DNA of 64,000 nucleotides, taken from the NCBI RefSeq assembly GCF_009914755.1, contig NC_060932.1. The stretch is one strand, 5' to 3'. The notes beneath the pieces are model-generated. The model was given only the letters and a program-made list of their open reading frames with translations, did no database searches and was not told the DNA's origin. This document shows, piece by piece, positions 16,078 through 31,946 of this stretch (within the stretch, counting starts at the first letter, position 1; every line of letters starts with the position of its first letter). Position numbers and translations under genes: made by a program. This stretch comes from the human T2T-CHM13v2.0 reference genome, Homo sapiens.

Positions 16078-16433
16078 TGTCACGCATGTCCGTGTAAAGA
16101 GACCACCAAACAGGCTTTGTGTGAGCAATAAAGCTTTTTAATCACCTGGGTGCAGGCAGGCTGAGTCCGAAAAAGAGAGTCAGCTAAGGGAGATAGGGGT
16201 AGGGCTGTTTTATAGCATTTAGGTAGGCAGTGGAAAATTACAGTCAAAGGGAGTTGTTCTCTGGTGGGCAGGGGCAGGGGTCACAAGGTGCTCAGTGGGG
16301 GAGCTTCTGAGCCAGGAGAAGGAATTTCACAAGGTAATGTCAGGAACCGGCCATTTTCACTTCTTTTGTGATTCTTCAATTACTTCAGGCCATCTGGATG
16401 TATATGTGCAGGCTTGGGCTCAGAGGCCTGACA
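16078..16433 (-). mobile_element. LTR7 (HERV-H) solo LTR
   Basis: Minus strand starts TGTCAGGCCTCTGAGCCCAAGC and ends TCTTTACACGGACATGCGTGACA; near-TSD ATAGG/ATAGA. Confidence 0.95.
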
Positions 16434-18674
16434 ATAGATATAACCCTTATCCTTAAGGAATTCACAGGCCAGTTTGGGGAACCTGACATATAAATTAGAT
16501 TATTACAATTCAAGGAGATAAAAAAGATAAGATGCACTATCAGAGCAGTGACAGCGGAGTGACAAAAGTCAATATGTTGGACCTTGGATTGAAACCCAGG
16601 CCTCCTGACTGCAGAGTCGATATTTATTTATTCTTTCCTTTATTCGATAAACATTTAGATTGAAAATTATAACTTAAAAAAAAGGCATTCTTCTTCCCCT
16701 GAAGAAGCAATCATTACAGCCCAGAGAAAATATTTCTCAAAACACGTTAAGCCCATCACAGCCTTAGTTCCAATATGAACACATCAAGGGTTCATTGATC
16801 ATAAACTGAAGTGAGGGCTATTCAGTTCTCCACTGCTTTACCCATCCCCCACCCTGACCACTGCCATAAAGGGGCACCAAGAAACATTCCCTTAACCCAT
16901 TTAGCAGTGGTGCCCTGATTTAATGTAACCTCAAGTTAAATTGTTTTCACTAATGCGAACTTAATGAGGGCCCCTTTAATCCCTTCAGGAATTTTCTTTT
17001 TAGAGGTTGGGTCTTGGCTCTACCATGAGAACTGTTCTCTCTGGTGGAGGGTCTCCAGCTTAAGTCTTTTGGGGAATTCCAGGAATGTAGCAATGATCAG
17101 CACATTCTTTAGATGTAACTAGGGGTTTTGAACCAATCCCCACAAAAGTATCTTTGAAAGATGTGGCTCAGATTTCCATACCTACTCTTTTTGGGGTCAG
17201 AAATATCTCAGAATACACTTTCCCCAATAAAAATATTTTGGGGATAGAGCAGATTAGCTTTTACTTTAAAAAGGCAAAAAATGAAGCTTTACTCCTAAAA
17301 TAACTCTAAAATTTCAGCTATAAATTTCACTCTCAAGCTCAGAGTATGTGAGGTGAAATTATAAAATATGCCTGCTGCAGTGTGGCTTCCAAATATGGCT
17401 ATAGCTCTGTCATTTTTTCAAATCATCACAGGAATATCCACCTAGCCTATTAACAGAAAGACACAGACTTGAGACCTTTTCCAGCAATGGCTATATAAGT
17501 ATATCAGGGGAGTGGGGCTATCCATTTAAGGGGAGTGGGGCCAGGGCTGTTGTTCTGATTCTTTGCAGCAAGAAGAGAAAAAGCTGAGGTTTGATCTGTC
17601 AGCTATAATTTCTTCTCACTGCCACACTGTGACACTATGAAACTGATCCTGCCTAACTTGATATTTGATGCACCTCTACTGCTACTGAGATGACCTTGTT
17701 GATCTAAGTCATTGATCAGAACACAGAGAATCCTTGTAGTGGATGACAAACTTAGCCACTTGGCTCCAAAGCTTAACCAGTGTTCCTGGGTACAGCTTCA
17801 GCCACTACTTTGCCAAAGCCAGCTCTCCTCTTCCCCTTCCACTTAGAGCCTGGGCCACCTACCTAAGCTAGTGTTTGGGGGGGGTCTTTCTGATCTTGTC
17901 TGTCACTAGGCTTCAGCTGGATCACCCTTCTCCATCCTGGCCCATCTTCCTAGCTTCTTTTTGTCATTGGGCTTTTAATTCAAACTGTTTTTTTCTTTTC
18001 CTCTTCAGAGATCAGCTTTGCAAGCCAGGCATCTCAGTGAATGACACCATGACCAAAGTTCTGCCCTTCTCAATCACCACTTTCCTGATGGATGCCTGTT
18101 CATTCTAAATCTATGCTACTGAAGGAGTCGTTCAGTGACTCACCTGAACAAACATCTCTTTCAGGACTTCTCTCCCCACCTCTAGTTCCAGAAGAGGCTG
18201 GAATTATTTTTCAGGAGCAGCGATACGATCCTGATAGCAACAATATGTATTCAAAAAGCAACAACTATTGAAGGGTGTGAATGAGATGGGAGCCTTTTCC
18301 TTTGAATCATAACACAACATCATGTTTTGTCCTCAGAGTAACTAGAGTGACATGGAATTGACATTGGATGCACTGGTCAGGGCAGAGGGAGAAAGCAGCC
18401 GGGGTGGTAGATGGCTTTGTCTATCTTCTTCTCTTTTGGCCTGGAAGCTAAGCAGTTAGGAGCAAGTCTACCTGTCCTTATTAGCTGACCAACTGAGGGT
18501 GACCCTGGGGAACAGACGAAGAAGAACAGAAAGAAGATTCCAGGACTGGATTTCTACCCCAGCATAACTCTTGAATGGATTAAGCCAGCACCCCTTGAAT
18601 GTGAACTCTTGAGACTACGGAGCGACTGTGATTGCTGCTGTGCAGAGTACAAATTCGTTCAAGAAAACTGCCCT

Positions 18675-19093
<419 letters not shown>

Positions 19094-21281
19094 TCAAACA
19101 AATCAATTTAAAACATCAAGTGCTGGAGGAACACAAACACAGGCAGCAGGAGAGGCCTCAAGGTGCCAGGCTCTGCTTTCAGCGGCTCTGGGTTTCCAAG
19201 CACGTTCCAAAAATATAACCCCCACTGCCATGGCAAACCTGCCTTTGATAAAACACAATGTACAGTCTCTAATGTTGACACAGAACAGATGGGACTTTGA
19301 TTTTTTAAAAATCTGTTCTTGATAGAAGTGAAATAGGCATAATGGATTTTTCCCTTTTTTTTTTGGATTTGGACTTCTATTTTTTTCTTATCACATGCAT
19401 ACCGAACACAGAATCTTTCCATTCTCTCTCTTTGTTTCTGTCATAGGTTATTTCTGTAAGTAAGAGTCTCTGGTTGACCAAGTCTTGCTTTTCTCATTAA
19501 CCAAACAGGATGCAGGTTACTAGCCCCATGTCCCTTTTATCTGGGGAAAAAAAAAAATCAGTCATGGGAGCCACACACCAAGGGTGTCCTCAGACTTAGA
19601 GGCAACAAGACAATGGCTTATCAACAACGATGTACTGAGTGACGGCTGAGCAGGGGGTACAGTAAGGGGAGGGGGAAGTTATCCCTCACCTACCCCACAT
19701 GCAATCGTAATCTAAATGCAGAATGGACCTGCCATGCCAACTCAGCCTGAATACAAGCCCCAACAGATTGCAGCCCGTAAACCCCTCCTAAACACGCCTT
19801 TAGAGCTGCCCCCGGTCACAAAACAAGCCCTTTCCAAGCCCTCCATAACTCCTCAGAGCATCGTCTGTGCACAGGGTGTTCTTGCAGGGAGGGAGTCACC
19901 CCTCACATGATTCCATTCCCATAACAACAGTTGTTACAGGGGCAGAATGCAACAGACACTGACAGACGGATTTAGGCCCTCTACGTTAACCCTAAATTGT
20001 CTGACTAGATGATGATAGGCGTGCCTGACAGTCAGTGGCTCAAGCCACATTACACCTTACTCTTATACTTTATTTCCTTCTATCCTACAAGACTCCTGGG
20101 CAGGAGGTGAAATTTAAAGAGAGGGAAAGAGAAACGCAGCAAAGAATCATGGCTCAGGGTAGTGGGATGTTCTGCTCTATGTCGAGAGTGGCTTAGCTTT
20201 TGTTTTCAATCCGGCAGGCTTCTTCTAGGGCAGTTGGATTGATTCAAAGGGATGAAAGGCAGAGTTGTGTGGAAGAGGGAGCACAGGTTTCAGTGGCCCT
20301 CCCAAGTCCGGCTCACAGTCCCACCACTCTATAGGGATTGGTGTGGTGGGAAGAGGGCTGAGGGAGATTTACTAGGTTATGAGACTGGTAAGAATACACA
20401 CTGGGAATCTTACCTCATATTCTCCTAGATTCCAATCTCTCCAACACAAATTAAATTGCCCTAACCATTTTTCTAGAATGATCTGGAAATATGAACTATT
20501 CATATTTCTTTCCCAACTATTTCACAGAAAAAATGTTTATACAGAATTTTTAAAAAAGTTACAGAGACAAAAAAGATTGATGCATTATTTCATTTTGTGA
20601 GCTAGCTACAAAAAAGAAGTCTATTTATATTTTTTATCTATTCCACATGCATTAGCAGAGCATCCTCTTGGTGGATTTCCAAAACCCGATGTTGTGGCAT
20701 GCAACAAAGAGGACACTTGTCATTCTATTTGCCCTGTTAATGGTAAGTTTCATGGTACATCATAGGTGTTCAATACATGTTTTGACTTTTTAAAAAGTTT
20801 GCTTTCACTGTCATGATTTAGTTCATGAGCATTTAGTAAACAAGCAGGAGGAGAAGGATCCCCTCAACACTGATGACAACGATGATGATGATGTTAGTAA
20901 TGAAGAGGAAACAAGATAGAAAAAGAACCTGTATGTAGGGTAACCTGTCAATTTTCTAATGAGCATGCCTAGGTCAAATGAGAGTGCCGGGGTCTTAATT
21001 CAAATCCCTCTTCTACCACTTAGCAGGAAGCATCAACAAGGCACAGTATGACCCATTCTCACTTTCTTTGTCTTTAACTAGAAATAAAGATTCCTCACAA
21101 GCTGTGAAAATCAAATAAGAAAATTGTATGCAAAAGTACTTTGTAAATGGGGTCATACAAATATAAGAAGGTAATTTCATTATCAATTGCTAAGAACCAC
21201 ATAGGCCTCTCAGGATCCATTTAAGTTTTAAGATATCTTAACTACAAACTATCTATAAAAATGCAGAATAACCAAGGATAA

Positions 21282-21965
21282 GCTATTCAGTTTTTCATTG
21301 CTGCATAACACATGACCAAAAAATTTAGCAGCTTAAAACAACTCCCATTTATAATCTCACAGTCTGAAGGCTGGAAATCCAGGCAGACTCAACTGGGTTC
21401 TTTACTTAGGGATTCATAAGGCTGACATCAAAGTGTCTTTGGTGCTGGGTTCTTCTCTAGTGACTCTGGGGAAGAATTTGCTTCAAAGCTCCTTTGACCA
21501 GAATTTACTGGCAGAATTTAACTCCTTGGACTGTAGGCCTGAGGTCCTTGTCTTCTCCCTGGCTGACAGCTGTATACCACTCTCAGCACACAGGGGCTGC
21601 CCTGTGGTGCTTGTCCCATGATCCTCCCCATCTCAGCAATGAAAAACCCCACTTACATCAAAGCCTCCCCCTCTGACTTCTTCTTCTGCTCCCATATGGA
21701 GAAACTCTCAGCTTTGTCTTTTTTTTTTAATCATTATTTTTTATTATTTTTCTCACTGCCTCTTTAGTCACTGATCTCTACTTTGAAAGTGATTAGACTT
21801 AGGTCCACCAGAATAATTGCTCTTTTAACTCAAAGACCACTGATTGATAACCTTTACTACAGCTGCAAAATCCCTTTTGCCATGAAATGCAACATAATTT
21901 TGAGTGTGATATCACATCTCATTCACAGGCCTGAGGGTTAAGGCTGGATATCTTAGGGAGGGGGA
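21282..21965 (-). mobile_element. MaLR LTR MLT1E-like
   Basis: TTCATTGCTGCATAACA...GCAGCTTAAAACAAC...CTCTGGGGAAGAAT...GCAAAATCCCTTTTGCCATG. Confidence 0.75.
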
Positions 21966-22239
21966 AATAGGTGACCTCATAAGAAGATGGCCCTAAATAT
22001 GTACACTGTGTCTATTTTATGATAAATCTCCCCCCTCATTAAGAGTTGGGGATAGAAAGGAGGGAGGAGAAAAATATATTTAAAAAAAGATTTGGGGATA
22101 ACCTCCATATACTCCCCATGTCTAACACAACTTCTAGCAAAATGTGGGTTCACACTGAATAGGGATACAAGGCTTCCTTTGGGACATCTGCTTTTCAATC
22201 TCAGGTTCCATAAAGAAAATAATATTGAAAGTATCTTTG

Positions 22240-22352
22240 TCTTAGTTAATTGTATACTTTCCCTGCACCCCGCTGTCTAGCAAGATACCTAGCACATAGA
22301 GGGGCAAAATAAATAAGGTTGAGTGAATACGTTAATGAATGAATGAATGAAT
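22240..22352 (+). mobile_element. L2 3' end
   Basis: CCTAGCACATAG...AATAAAT...(GAAT)n. Confidence 0.7.
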
Positions 22353-22867
22353 GGAGGAATTTTTCACTTAGGCTTAACTAAGGGTCTCCGCTGATATCTG
22401 CATACCTAGCTTAGTTGTTGTTGGGTTTGTTTGTTTGTTTTGAAAAAAAAATGTTGAAGAAAGCTCAGTGTTAAGATTTTGGTTTTGGTTTTGCCTTTTA
22501 GGCACTTGTTTTTTTTCTTTTTTTAAGCTTTCCTTCAGGGATTTGTTCCATATGATCAACTCACACGGATTAATGCTATTCTCACCCATCATAGCGGGGC
22601 CAGGCCCTCCCAGTCTAGAGGGAGATTTGCGTAGATAGAAGGGGAGTTCTGCCCGAGGCAACAGTGGGCACCTGAGGGAGGGCCAATTTCAAGAGCCTTC
22701 TTTTTGAAAGAATTTAAGAGCCTCATCAGTCTGCCAAGGAATTTGAGTGCACAGTGCATAACAGGCTAGATTCTAGCTCAGCAAAAAGTAAAAGACTCCT
22801 ACCAAATAAAGCACAGAAAAATCTTCCAGCAACCATCCACAAAAATGACAAAGCCTTTTCACTGTTT

Positions 22868-23478
<611 letters not shown>

Positions 23479-24059
23479 CCTCCTCACTGTTTGAAAGCTT
23501 CCTCCTTGAAAACTGGACTGACAGATACTGGATTGAAGTGAGGCAGCTTAATGCTGAAGAGGACAGCTGGCAATGTAGCAGGGAAACAGAGCCTACCTTG
23601 CTGCAGATAAATCAATATTCTGCTCCAGGCCATTAGTGGCTGGTTATTATTTAAAAACAAAAACCTGCAAATGTATTGGTTATCCCTTGATCAGACTGTG
23701 TCTCCAAAGGATTCTTTTATGATTCTTCCATTTTCCAAGTTGCACAAAACAATTTCCCATTAACCATATCCTCGCATATTCTGCTTACTAAACCAAAGCC
23801 ATTTACATAATGGGTAATTTCACACACACATTAGCTAAATATAGGTGTAAACAAATACGTTGCTAAAGTTTGGACACATTTGGAGAATGCAAAACATCTA
23901 GACTATGGGAGAGGTGGAGGATTGGAGCCAGGTACATACACGTTCCAAATTAAGGAAAACCAAAAATATATATACATATATATATTATAAATATTAGATA
24001 TATATTACAAATATTACATATATGTAATACATATGTAATATACATATATATGATATTTG

Positions 24060-24275
24060 TAATAGCACTTGCTACACTCTTCTAAGCACTGCTCTTGTAT
24101 TAATTCATTTAATCCTCCCAGATACTGTATGGTGTAATTGTACTGTTATTTTCATCTCCCACTGACAGATGGGGAATGATGATATAGAGAGGGTCAGTAC
24201 TTTGCCCAAAAGCAGAACTGGGCACTGAAGCCAGGAAGACTGGCTCCAGAGTCCATGTGCATAACTATTAGACTA
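24060..24275 (-). mobile_element. MIR SINE preceded by AT low complexity (23965-24058)
   Basis: ATTCATTTAATCCTC...ACAGATGGGGAA...CTCCAGAGTCCATGTGC. Confidence 0.75.
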
Positions 24276-24276
24276 C

Positions 24277-24815
24277 TGAAGTCATCCTCAGAGGACTGAC
24301 AAGAATTCTTGACAGAAATATAGTTATAATTAAGCATTTATCAGGCTGTGCTTGGACCCATTTTCTGGTAACCAAAAGTCATGTAGCACTGGATACTGAC
24401 CATTTGCATTCCCATTGTTCCTATAGACAAGATTTCTAATGTGAGAATTGTAAGACTTTCACTTAAGAATTGCCTAAGATGTTTTTCAGATCCTGAATTC
24501 CAGAAAAACAGCTGATGTCAACTAATGTGAAGACCCGCACAGAGGCACGGCATCGACCTGAGAGTACAGTTTCTTCATCTCCCTGTCTATGATTTTACCC
24601 CGCACTTTTTGACCAATCAACAATCTTCACACTTTGGCCCATTTCAATACTCTTAAAAACCCTAGCCCCAAATTCTTTGGGGAGATGGATTTGAGGTTTC
24701 CTAGCATCTCCTCATTCAGCGGCCCTACAGTTTTATCTCTTTCTCTATTGCAAACCAGGGTCTCTTCTAGGCATATCAACTTGCTACATTGGGCAACAGA
24801 TTTGTTACAGTTACA
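24277..24815 (+). mobile_element. ERV1 (MER4-group) solo LTR, LTR54-like
   Basis: TG...CA; GACAGAAATATAGTTATAATTAAGCATT, AAAACCCTAGCCCCAAA..GGGGAGATGGATTTGAG. Confidence 0.7.
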
Positions 24816-25268
24816 CCAATACTGCTAATCTACTCCGTGGTGGGTTTTCCAAACTCAACAACCATTTTACTATCATGTGCCTAGGTTTTGACCCTTGCTA
24901 CCAGTGGGCTCCAGGTACCTTTCTCTATTTCACTAAGCCTCAATTTCCACATTTGTACAACAGAGATAAAAATAGAGCCAAGCCCAAAGGGATAATCGCA
25001 ATGAGGATTATTCACTGCTTCATTCAAAAGCTATTCACTGCGCACCTACTGTGTGCCAAGCACTGTCCTGAACAACTAACAGAATTGACAAGACTTCTTC
25101 CTTCAGGGAGCATATAATAAACAAGATAGAGTGGGGAAGAGGCAATAAACACAATTGTAGCAAAACTATTATACTACATTGGAAGCTAATATAAACTATT
25201 TAAAGAAATATAAAGTATAAAAAAGAATGGGTGTGCTGGGTTGGAGGGCTGTTGGAATTTCAAATAGG

Positions 25269-25573
<305 letters not shown>

Positions 25574-25799
25574 TCAAATCGGGGAGAGGGGCCAGGAAAG
25601 TCCTCAGTGAGGATGTGACATTTGGGCAACACCACGTTTCAAAGGGTCTCCTGTATTTAATTTGCAATTTAGGTAAAGTAAAACATAAAAATCACTTAGC
25701 TTAGTGCCTGATACAACATGGGTACTCAACAAATATGTAGTTACCTGCCCAGTAAGGCAAAATAATTATTTTTTAAATTTTTACTTAAAAACAATAGTA

Positions 25800-26197
<398 letters not shown>

Positions 26198-26542
26198 TTA
26201 GGCACATGTTAAAAGTAAGTGGGCATTCCCCACACTCACACAGACATTTTTTTTTTGGGAGAAGAAAGTTAATAGTAGAGTTTTTTTCATTTGGCTGTTG
26301 TGGAGGTTTTTCTTTTGTAGCTTTGTGGGTTTAGTTATGTAGTGTTGTGTGTGTGTTTGCTGTTTCCTTTGGGGTATCGAATGATTAGGGTTCCCTTTTG
26401 TGGGAAGGCAGAGTGATGCAGCTCCTTCCTCGTGTCCCTTGCAACCTTGAGCTGTAATGTTGATGGGCACTGATGACCAAATTTATAGAGGGAATAAAGG
26501 ATCTTCTAGTAGAGCAGCAATCCAGCCCTCCAACCCTACCCT

Positions 26543-27403
26543 TGAAATTGTCTTTGCAAAAATTATGACCGTGAGAGAAATCTGACATAGCTGACTCTAT
26601 CTTGCCTCTAACATCACAAGCTAACTGCCTTCGTTAACTTTAAAACACAGATGATAACAGTTCCTTCCTGAAACCAACCTCCTCCTTATTCAGGGACTAA
26701 AACTGCCTTTGTAGGACCACAAGGTTAGGATTCCGGGAGGAACCTGAATTCTGCTGATATGTCGATGTAGTTAAACGATACCCAGCTATTGTTCCCTAGC
26801 TTGCCTTTCTATAATCACTTACTGCTCAAGAGTCATGTAGCTGGCGGTAACAAGAAGTGTAATTTCCCCAATTGCTTTTATAGATAATGTCACTATTATC
26901 TAAAGCTAAGATTGGTCTTTGAGATATTTTTCAGATTTTTGCATTCTGATGACCAACTCCACTTGGAACCCCCATGACTCATGTCAAGGAACTAACTCAA
27001 CTGGTCCTGTAACTCTCACCCAGGAACTGACTCAGCACATGAAGAATGTTTTTCGACACTCCTATGATTTCATCATCAACCAGTCAGCAGCACCCATTCC
27101 CTAGCCACCTGCCTGCCACATCATTTTTAAAAACTCTACCCTCTCAGAGGCAGAAGTTGCAGTGAGCTGGGATTGCGCCAGTGCACTCCAGCCTAGGTGA
27201 CAGAGTGAGACTCTGTATCAAAAGAAAACAAAACAAAAAAAACAAACAAAAAAGTCTACCCTCTGAGCTCTCAGGGAGGTGGATTTGAGAAATGTCTCCC
27301 ATCGTTCTGCTTAGCTGGCCCTGCGATTATTAAACTCTTCTTTGCTGAAAAACCTGCTGTTTTCAGTACATTTTTCTTTTCTGGGCAGCAGGCAGGAAGA
27401 ACA
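26543..27403 (+). mobile_element. LTR8-family solo LTR containing a 5'-truncated Alu (27146-27253)
   Basis: TGAAATTGTCTTTGCAAAAATTATGAC..TGAGAGAAATCTGACATAGCTGACTC; TSD CCCT; Alu TSD TCTACCCTCT. Confidence 0.88.
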
Positions 27404-27639
27404 CCCTTTGAGTCTCCAAATTATTTTATGAATGTCCAGTGTATTGTAGTGGCCCTAATAGAAAACAGCCAGCAATGAAGAAAAAAGATGTATGTCTGCT
27501 AAGAAAATCCAGCATAAAGAAAGGGGAAGCTGGCATTCAGAGCTCATCACCAAAGCCTGAGTGTTCTCTCTGGAAGCAATGGGACCCATGCAGTCCTGTT
27601 GACAACAATTAAGTCTTGCTAAGTATGCAATGCTTTCTA

Positions 27640-28272
27640 GCAGTCAATCTGACTCAGAGAACCAAAATTATTCTGAAGATGTCCCCTGACGCTTGTCTTC
27701 TGGTTATCCAATCAAACACTAAACTGTATACTGTTGTGAAGGGACTTTACAAGTGTAATGAAGGTCACTAATCAGTTGTCCTTAAAATAGAGAGATTATC
27801 CTGGATTATTCTGAGTGGGCCCAATCTAATCAAATGAGCAGTTAAAAGAGGAAGAGGAAGGAGGAGGAGCCAGTTAGAGAGATTCAAAACATAAGAGAAA
27901 CTCCACCCCCTGTTGCTGGAGAAAGTCCACCAGGAAAGTATGAGAAGGAAGGAAAGTTCACAAGGAAAGTGTGAGAAAGGCTCCAGGAACAAAAGTCCAG
28001 CCCTGGCTGGCAGCCAGGAAGGAAACTGTGACCTCAGCCCTGCAACTTCAAAGAACTGCTAAATGAGCTTGGAAAAAGATTAATCTCCAGGCCCTTCAGA
28101 AAGAAATGCAGACTTTCTGAGACCTTGATTTTGGCCTTGGGTAATGGGACAGAGAAACCAGCTGTGCCAACCCAGACCTCCGATATGTAGGACAATTAGA
28201 TCATCAATTTGTGTTACTTTAAATCACTAAGTTTGTGATAATTTGTTATGGCAGCAGTAAGAAATTAACATG
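27640..28272 (+). mobile_element. MaLR LTR MLT1D/E-like
   Basis: GAGATTATCCTGGATTATTCTGAGTGGGCCCAATCTAATCA...TTTGTTATGGCAGCAGTAAGAAATTAA. Confidence 0.8.
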
Positions 28273-28547
28273 CCAACCTTTCAGACACATATTAGGGAAA
28301 GTGGTTCTGTGTGTGTATTTGTGTGGTATGTCGTATGTGTTAAGTACAAAGATCAAAGTGCCTTAACCAGTTGTTCTGTGATGGAGGATGTCTGTGTGAA
28401 GTGGACTCACAGTCTTTATCTTCTTCCCCCTCAACCTATATTTGGAGAAGTACTAGTAGGCAGCCAGACTATAGGGCAGTTGAAGCAGTGGAGAACAGAC
28501 CTCTTCACTGGGCTAATCAGCAGTAGCCCTCTATTCTCTCTCTCTCT

Positions 28548-29170
28548 CTTTTTTTTTTTAAAAAAAATCAGAGTCTCACTCTGATGCTCAGGCTGGAGTG
28601 CAGTGGCATGATCTTGGCTCACGGCAACCTCCGTCTCCTGGGTTCTAGTGATTCTCCTGCCTTAGCCTGTTGAGTAGCTGGAACTACAGGCATGTGCCAC
28701 CATGCCTGGCTAATTTTTGTATTTTTAGTAGAGATGGTGTTTTACAATATTGGCCAGGCTAGTCTTGAACTCCTGACCTCAGGTGATCCACCTGCCTCAG
28801 CCTCCTAGAGTGCTGGGATTACAGGCATGAGCCACTGCGCCCAGGTTTTGTTTTGCTTTTTTTTTGTTTTTGTTTTTGTTTTTGTTTTTTTAGAGGGTCT
28901 CACTGTGTCACCCAGGCTGAAGTACCATAGCGTGATCTCGGCGCACTGCAACCTCTGCCTCCTGGGCTAAAGTAATCCTCCCACCTTAGCCTCCCAAGCA
29001 GTTGAGACTACAGGCACACACTACCCACGCCGGACTAAGTTTTTTATTTTTTTGTAGAAACAGGGTCTCGCCATGTTGCCCAGGCTGATCTTGAACTCCT
29101 GAGCTCAAGTGAACTGTCAGCCTTGGCCTCCCAAAGTGCTGGGATTACACGTGTGAGCCACTGTGCCCGT
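28548..29170 (-). mobile_element. Two tandem Alus (AluS 28548-28845; AluJ 28846-29170)
   Basis: Two reverse Alu bodies separated by a T-rich tail. Confidence 0.95.
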
Positions 29171-29274
29171 TCATTTCTAACTGTCTGCCTCATCTCCGTC
29201 CTCACTCACAACTCTGACTCACCTCAAGGAAAGTCACATGAAGTCTTCTTTTTTTGTTGTTTGTTGTTCTGCCT

Positions 29275-29435
29275 TTTAAAAAAATGCATAAAATACACAT
29301 AACATAAAATGTACTATTTTAACCATTTTGAAGTGTATAGTTCAGTGGCACTAAGTACATTCATGTTGTGAAACCATCACCACAATTAATCTCCCAAGCT
29401 TATCATCAGCTCAGACTGAAACTGGTATCCGTTAA
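29275..29435 (-). mobile_element. L1MB-type 3' end fragment
   Basis: CATAACATAAAAT...TTTTGAAGTGTATAGTTCAGTGGCACTAAGTACATTCA. Confidence 0.7.
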
Positions 29436-30983
29436 TTTATAGCTACCCGTGAAAAGAAATAGATTAATCCTTGCATGAAAAAGTCATTGGTTTGCTTGAA
29501 CATATCACAGAGAGAATGCTTTTACATGCATTATCTCAATTGCTCATCGCAGACTTGCAAAGTTAAGTTTTATTTCCAGAATACCACAGCCAATGGGTGA
29601 TGGAGACTGTATTTTAATGCAGGTCTGTCTGTGGGACTCCAAAGTCTATAATCTTTCTAATAAGGATGCTCAATGGGTGATCATACTGTGCGTATCTTGT
29701 GTAGATGCCCAATAAATGATTATTTTCTAAGCTACCTGCAACTGAGGAATTCTCTCTTCCTTAACTTTTACTTTGTGGTTGACTTTTAGCATGACCAAAT
29801 CAAATAAAAATTTGACAGAGGTAACAGTTTAACTTTCAGATATCAACTGCATAAAGAGGCTCTATCTGAAGATCTCATTTCAATGCAGAAAATTTTTCCC
29901 TCCCAGAGCTAGTGTCAAGGCAATCCATAGAAAAGGAGATCAAGAGATGCTATCCCAGGAGAGAGGGCTGATGAGACTTTTTAGCAAGACATCTGTTTGT
30001 ATCATTGGAGTCTAAGTTACACTACTTAATGGCTGGATGATCATGGACAAGTTGCTTAACCTCTTTATGAATGGTTCTCACCAGCAAAATGGGGATAATA
30101 ATAGTACCTGCTTCATAGAGTGGTTGAGAATGTTTCAAAGTCTCCATTTGAATGTTCAGATAGATACTTCAAATTAAACAGATCCAAACAGTTCAAATTA
30201 AACATGGTGATTCTGATTTCCTTCCCCAAACTATTCCTACCTTAACTTTCTCCATTTCAATAATTGGGAATTCCATTCTTCAAGTGGCTCAGCTCAAATA
30301 CACGCATATATAAAAGGAAAGTTTCTTTATTCTTCCTTCACATCCCATATGCATTCGCAAAATTCGAACACCTCAATCTTGAAAAATATTCCCAGAATCC
30401 AGCCACTTCTCACCTTTAACCATTGGAAACCTTGTTTGAGTCACCGCAGTCTTTCACAGTGACTTTCTAATGGTCTCTTTGCTTCCACCTTTGGCCTTCT
30501 ATGGTCACTTTTCAAAGCAGTGGCCAGCAGGATGCTTTGAAAGCAAATGAGCTCATGACACTTCTTTGTGCAAAACCCTCCAATGGCACTCCACTCACTC
30601 AGAGTAAGCGCAAACCATTACATTGGTCTACAAATTCTACACAATTTCTCCTCTCAGCCATCCTTCTAATCTCCCCTCCTATAAGCTCCTCAGGTCACAA
30701 TGGTCTCCTTGCTGTCTCTTGAAAAAAGTCATGCATGTTGTTGGCTAGGGCCTGTCCTTGTGCTGTTGCCTCTACCTGAAAGTTACTTTTCCCCCAGATA
30801 TCCACATACCTGCCTCTTCACCTCCTTCAAGGTTTTCCTCCAAAATCGTCTCTTAGGCAAGGCCTTCCCTAAATGCTTGATTTAAATTTCTAATCCCAAA
30901 CCTCCACCAACCACATCCACAGACTTCCTATTCTTCTTCCCCATTTTTTTTTTTTTTTTTTTGGTAGTATAAAACCTTCATCG

Positions 30984-31280
30984 GGCCAGGCACCATGGTT
31001 CACGTCTGTAATCCCAGCACTTTTGGAGGCCAAGGCATGTGAATCACTTGAGGTTGGGAGTTCAAGACCAGCCTGGTCAACATGGTGAAACCCGGTCTCT
31101 ACAAAAAATACAAAAATTAGCCAGGCGTGGTGCTGTGTAGTCCCAGCTACAGGGAGGCTGAGGCAGCAGAATCACTTGAACCCGGGAAGGCAGAGGTTGC
31201 AGTGAGCCGAGATTCCATCACTGCACTCTAGCCTGGGCAACAGAGAGAAAACCCTGTCTCAAAAAAATAAAAATAAAAGT
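30984..31280 (+). mobile_element. AluS
   Basis: Full Alu; TSD AAACCT(T)CATC. Confidence 0.95.
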
Positions 31281-31289
31281 AAAATTTAA

Positions 31290-31646
<357 letters not shown>

Positions 31647-31732
31647 GATGCTTACTTTTTAAATCATTTGTTTCTGTCTACTAAAATATACGTTCCATGA
31701 AGACATAAATTTTGTCTATTTTGTTCACTGTT

Positions 31733-31946
31733 GCATTTCTCTCAACTTTGGTGCTATTCACATTGTGGGCAAGAGGAGTCTTTGTTGCCGGAGACTCTTC
31801 CGTGTGTTGTAGGATGTTTAGCAGCCACCCTGTCTTCTACCCACCAGATGCCAATAGCACCCTCCCAGTTAAAGTATGCTAAATAACTCCAAATATTGCC
31901 ACATGTCCGCCAGGAAGCAAACTCTGTCCCTGTTCAGTATCACTGG
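31733..31946 (-). mobile_element. MER20 hAT-Charlie MITE
   Basis: TTGTAGGATGTTTAGCAGC...TCTACCCACCAGATGCCAATAGCACCCTCCCAGTT. Confidence 0.85.
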
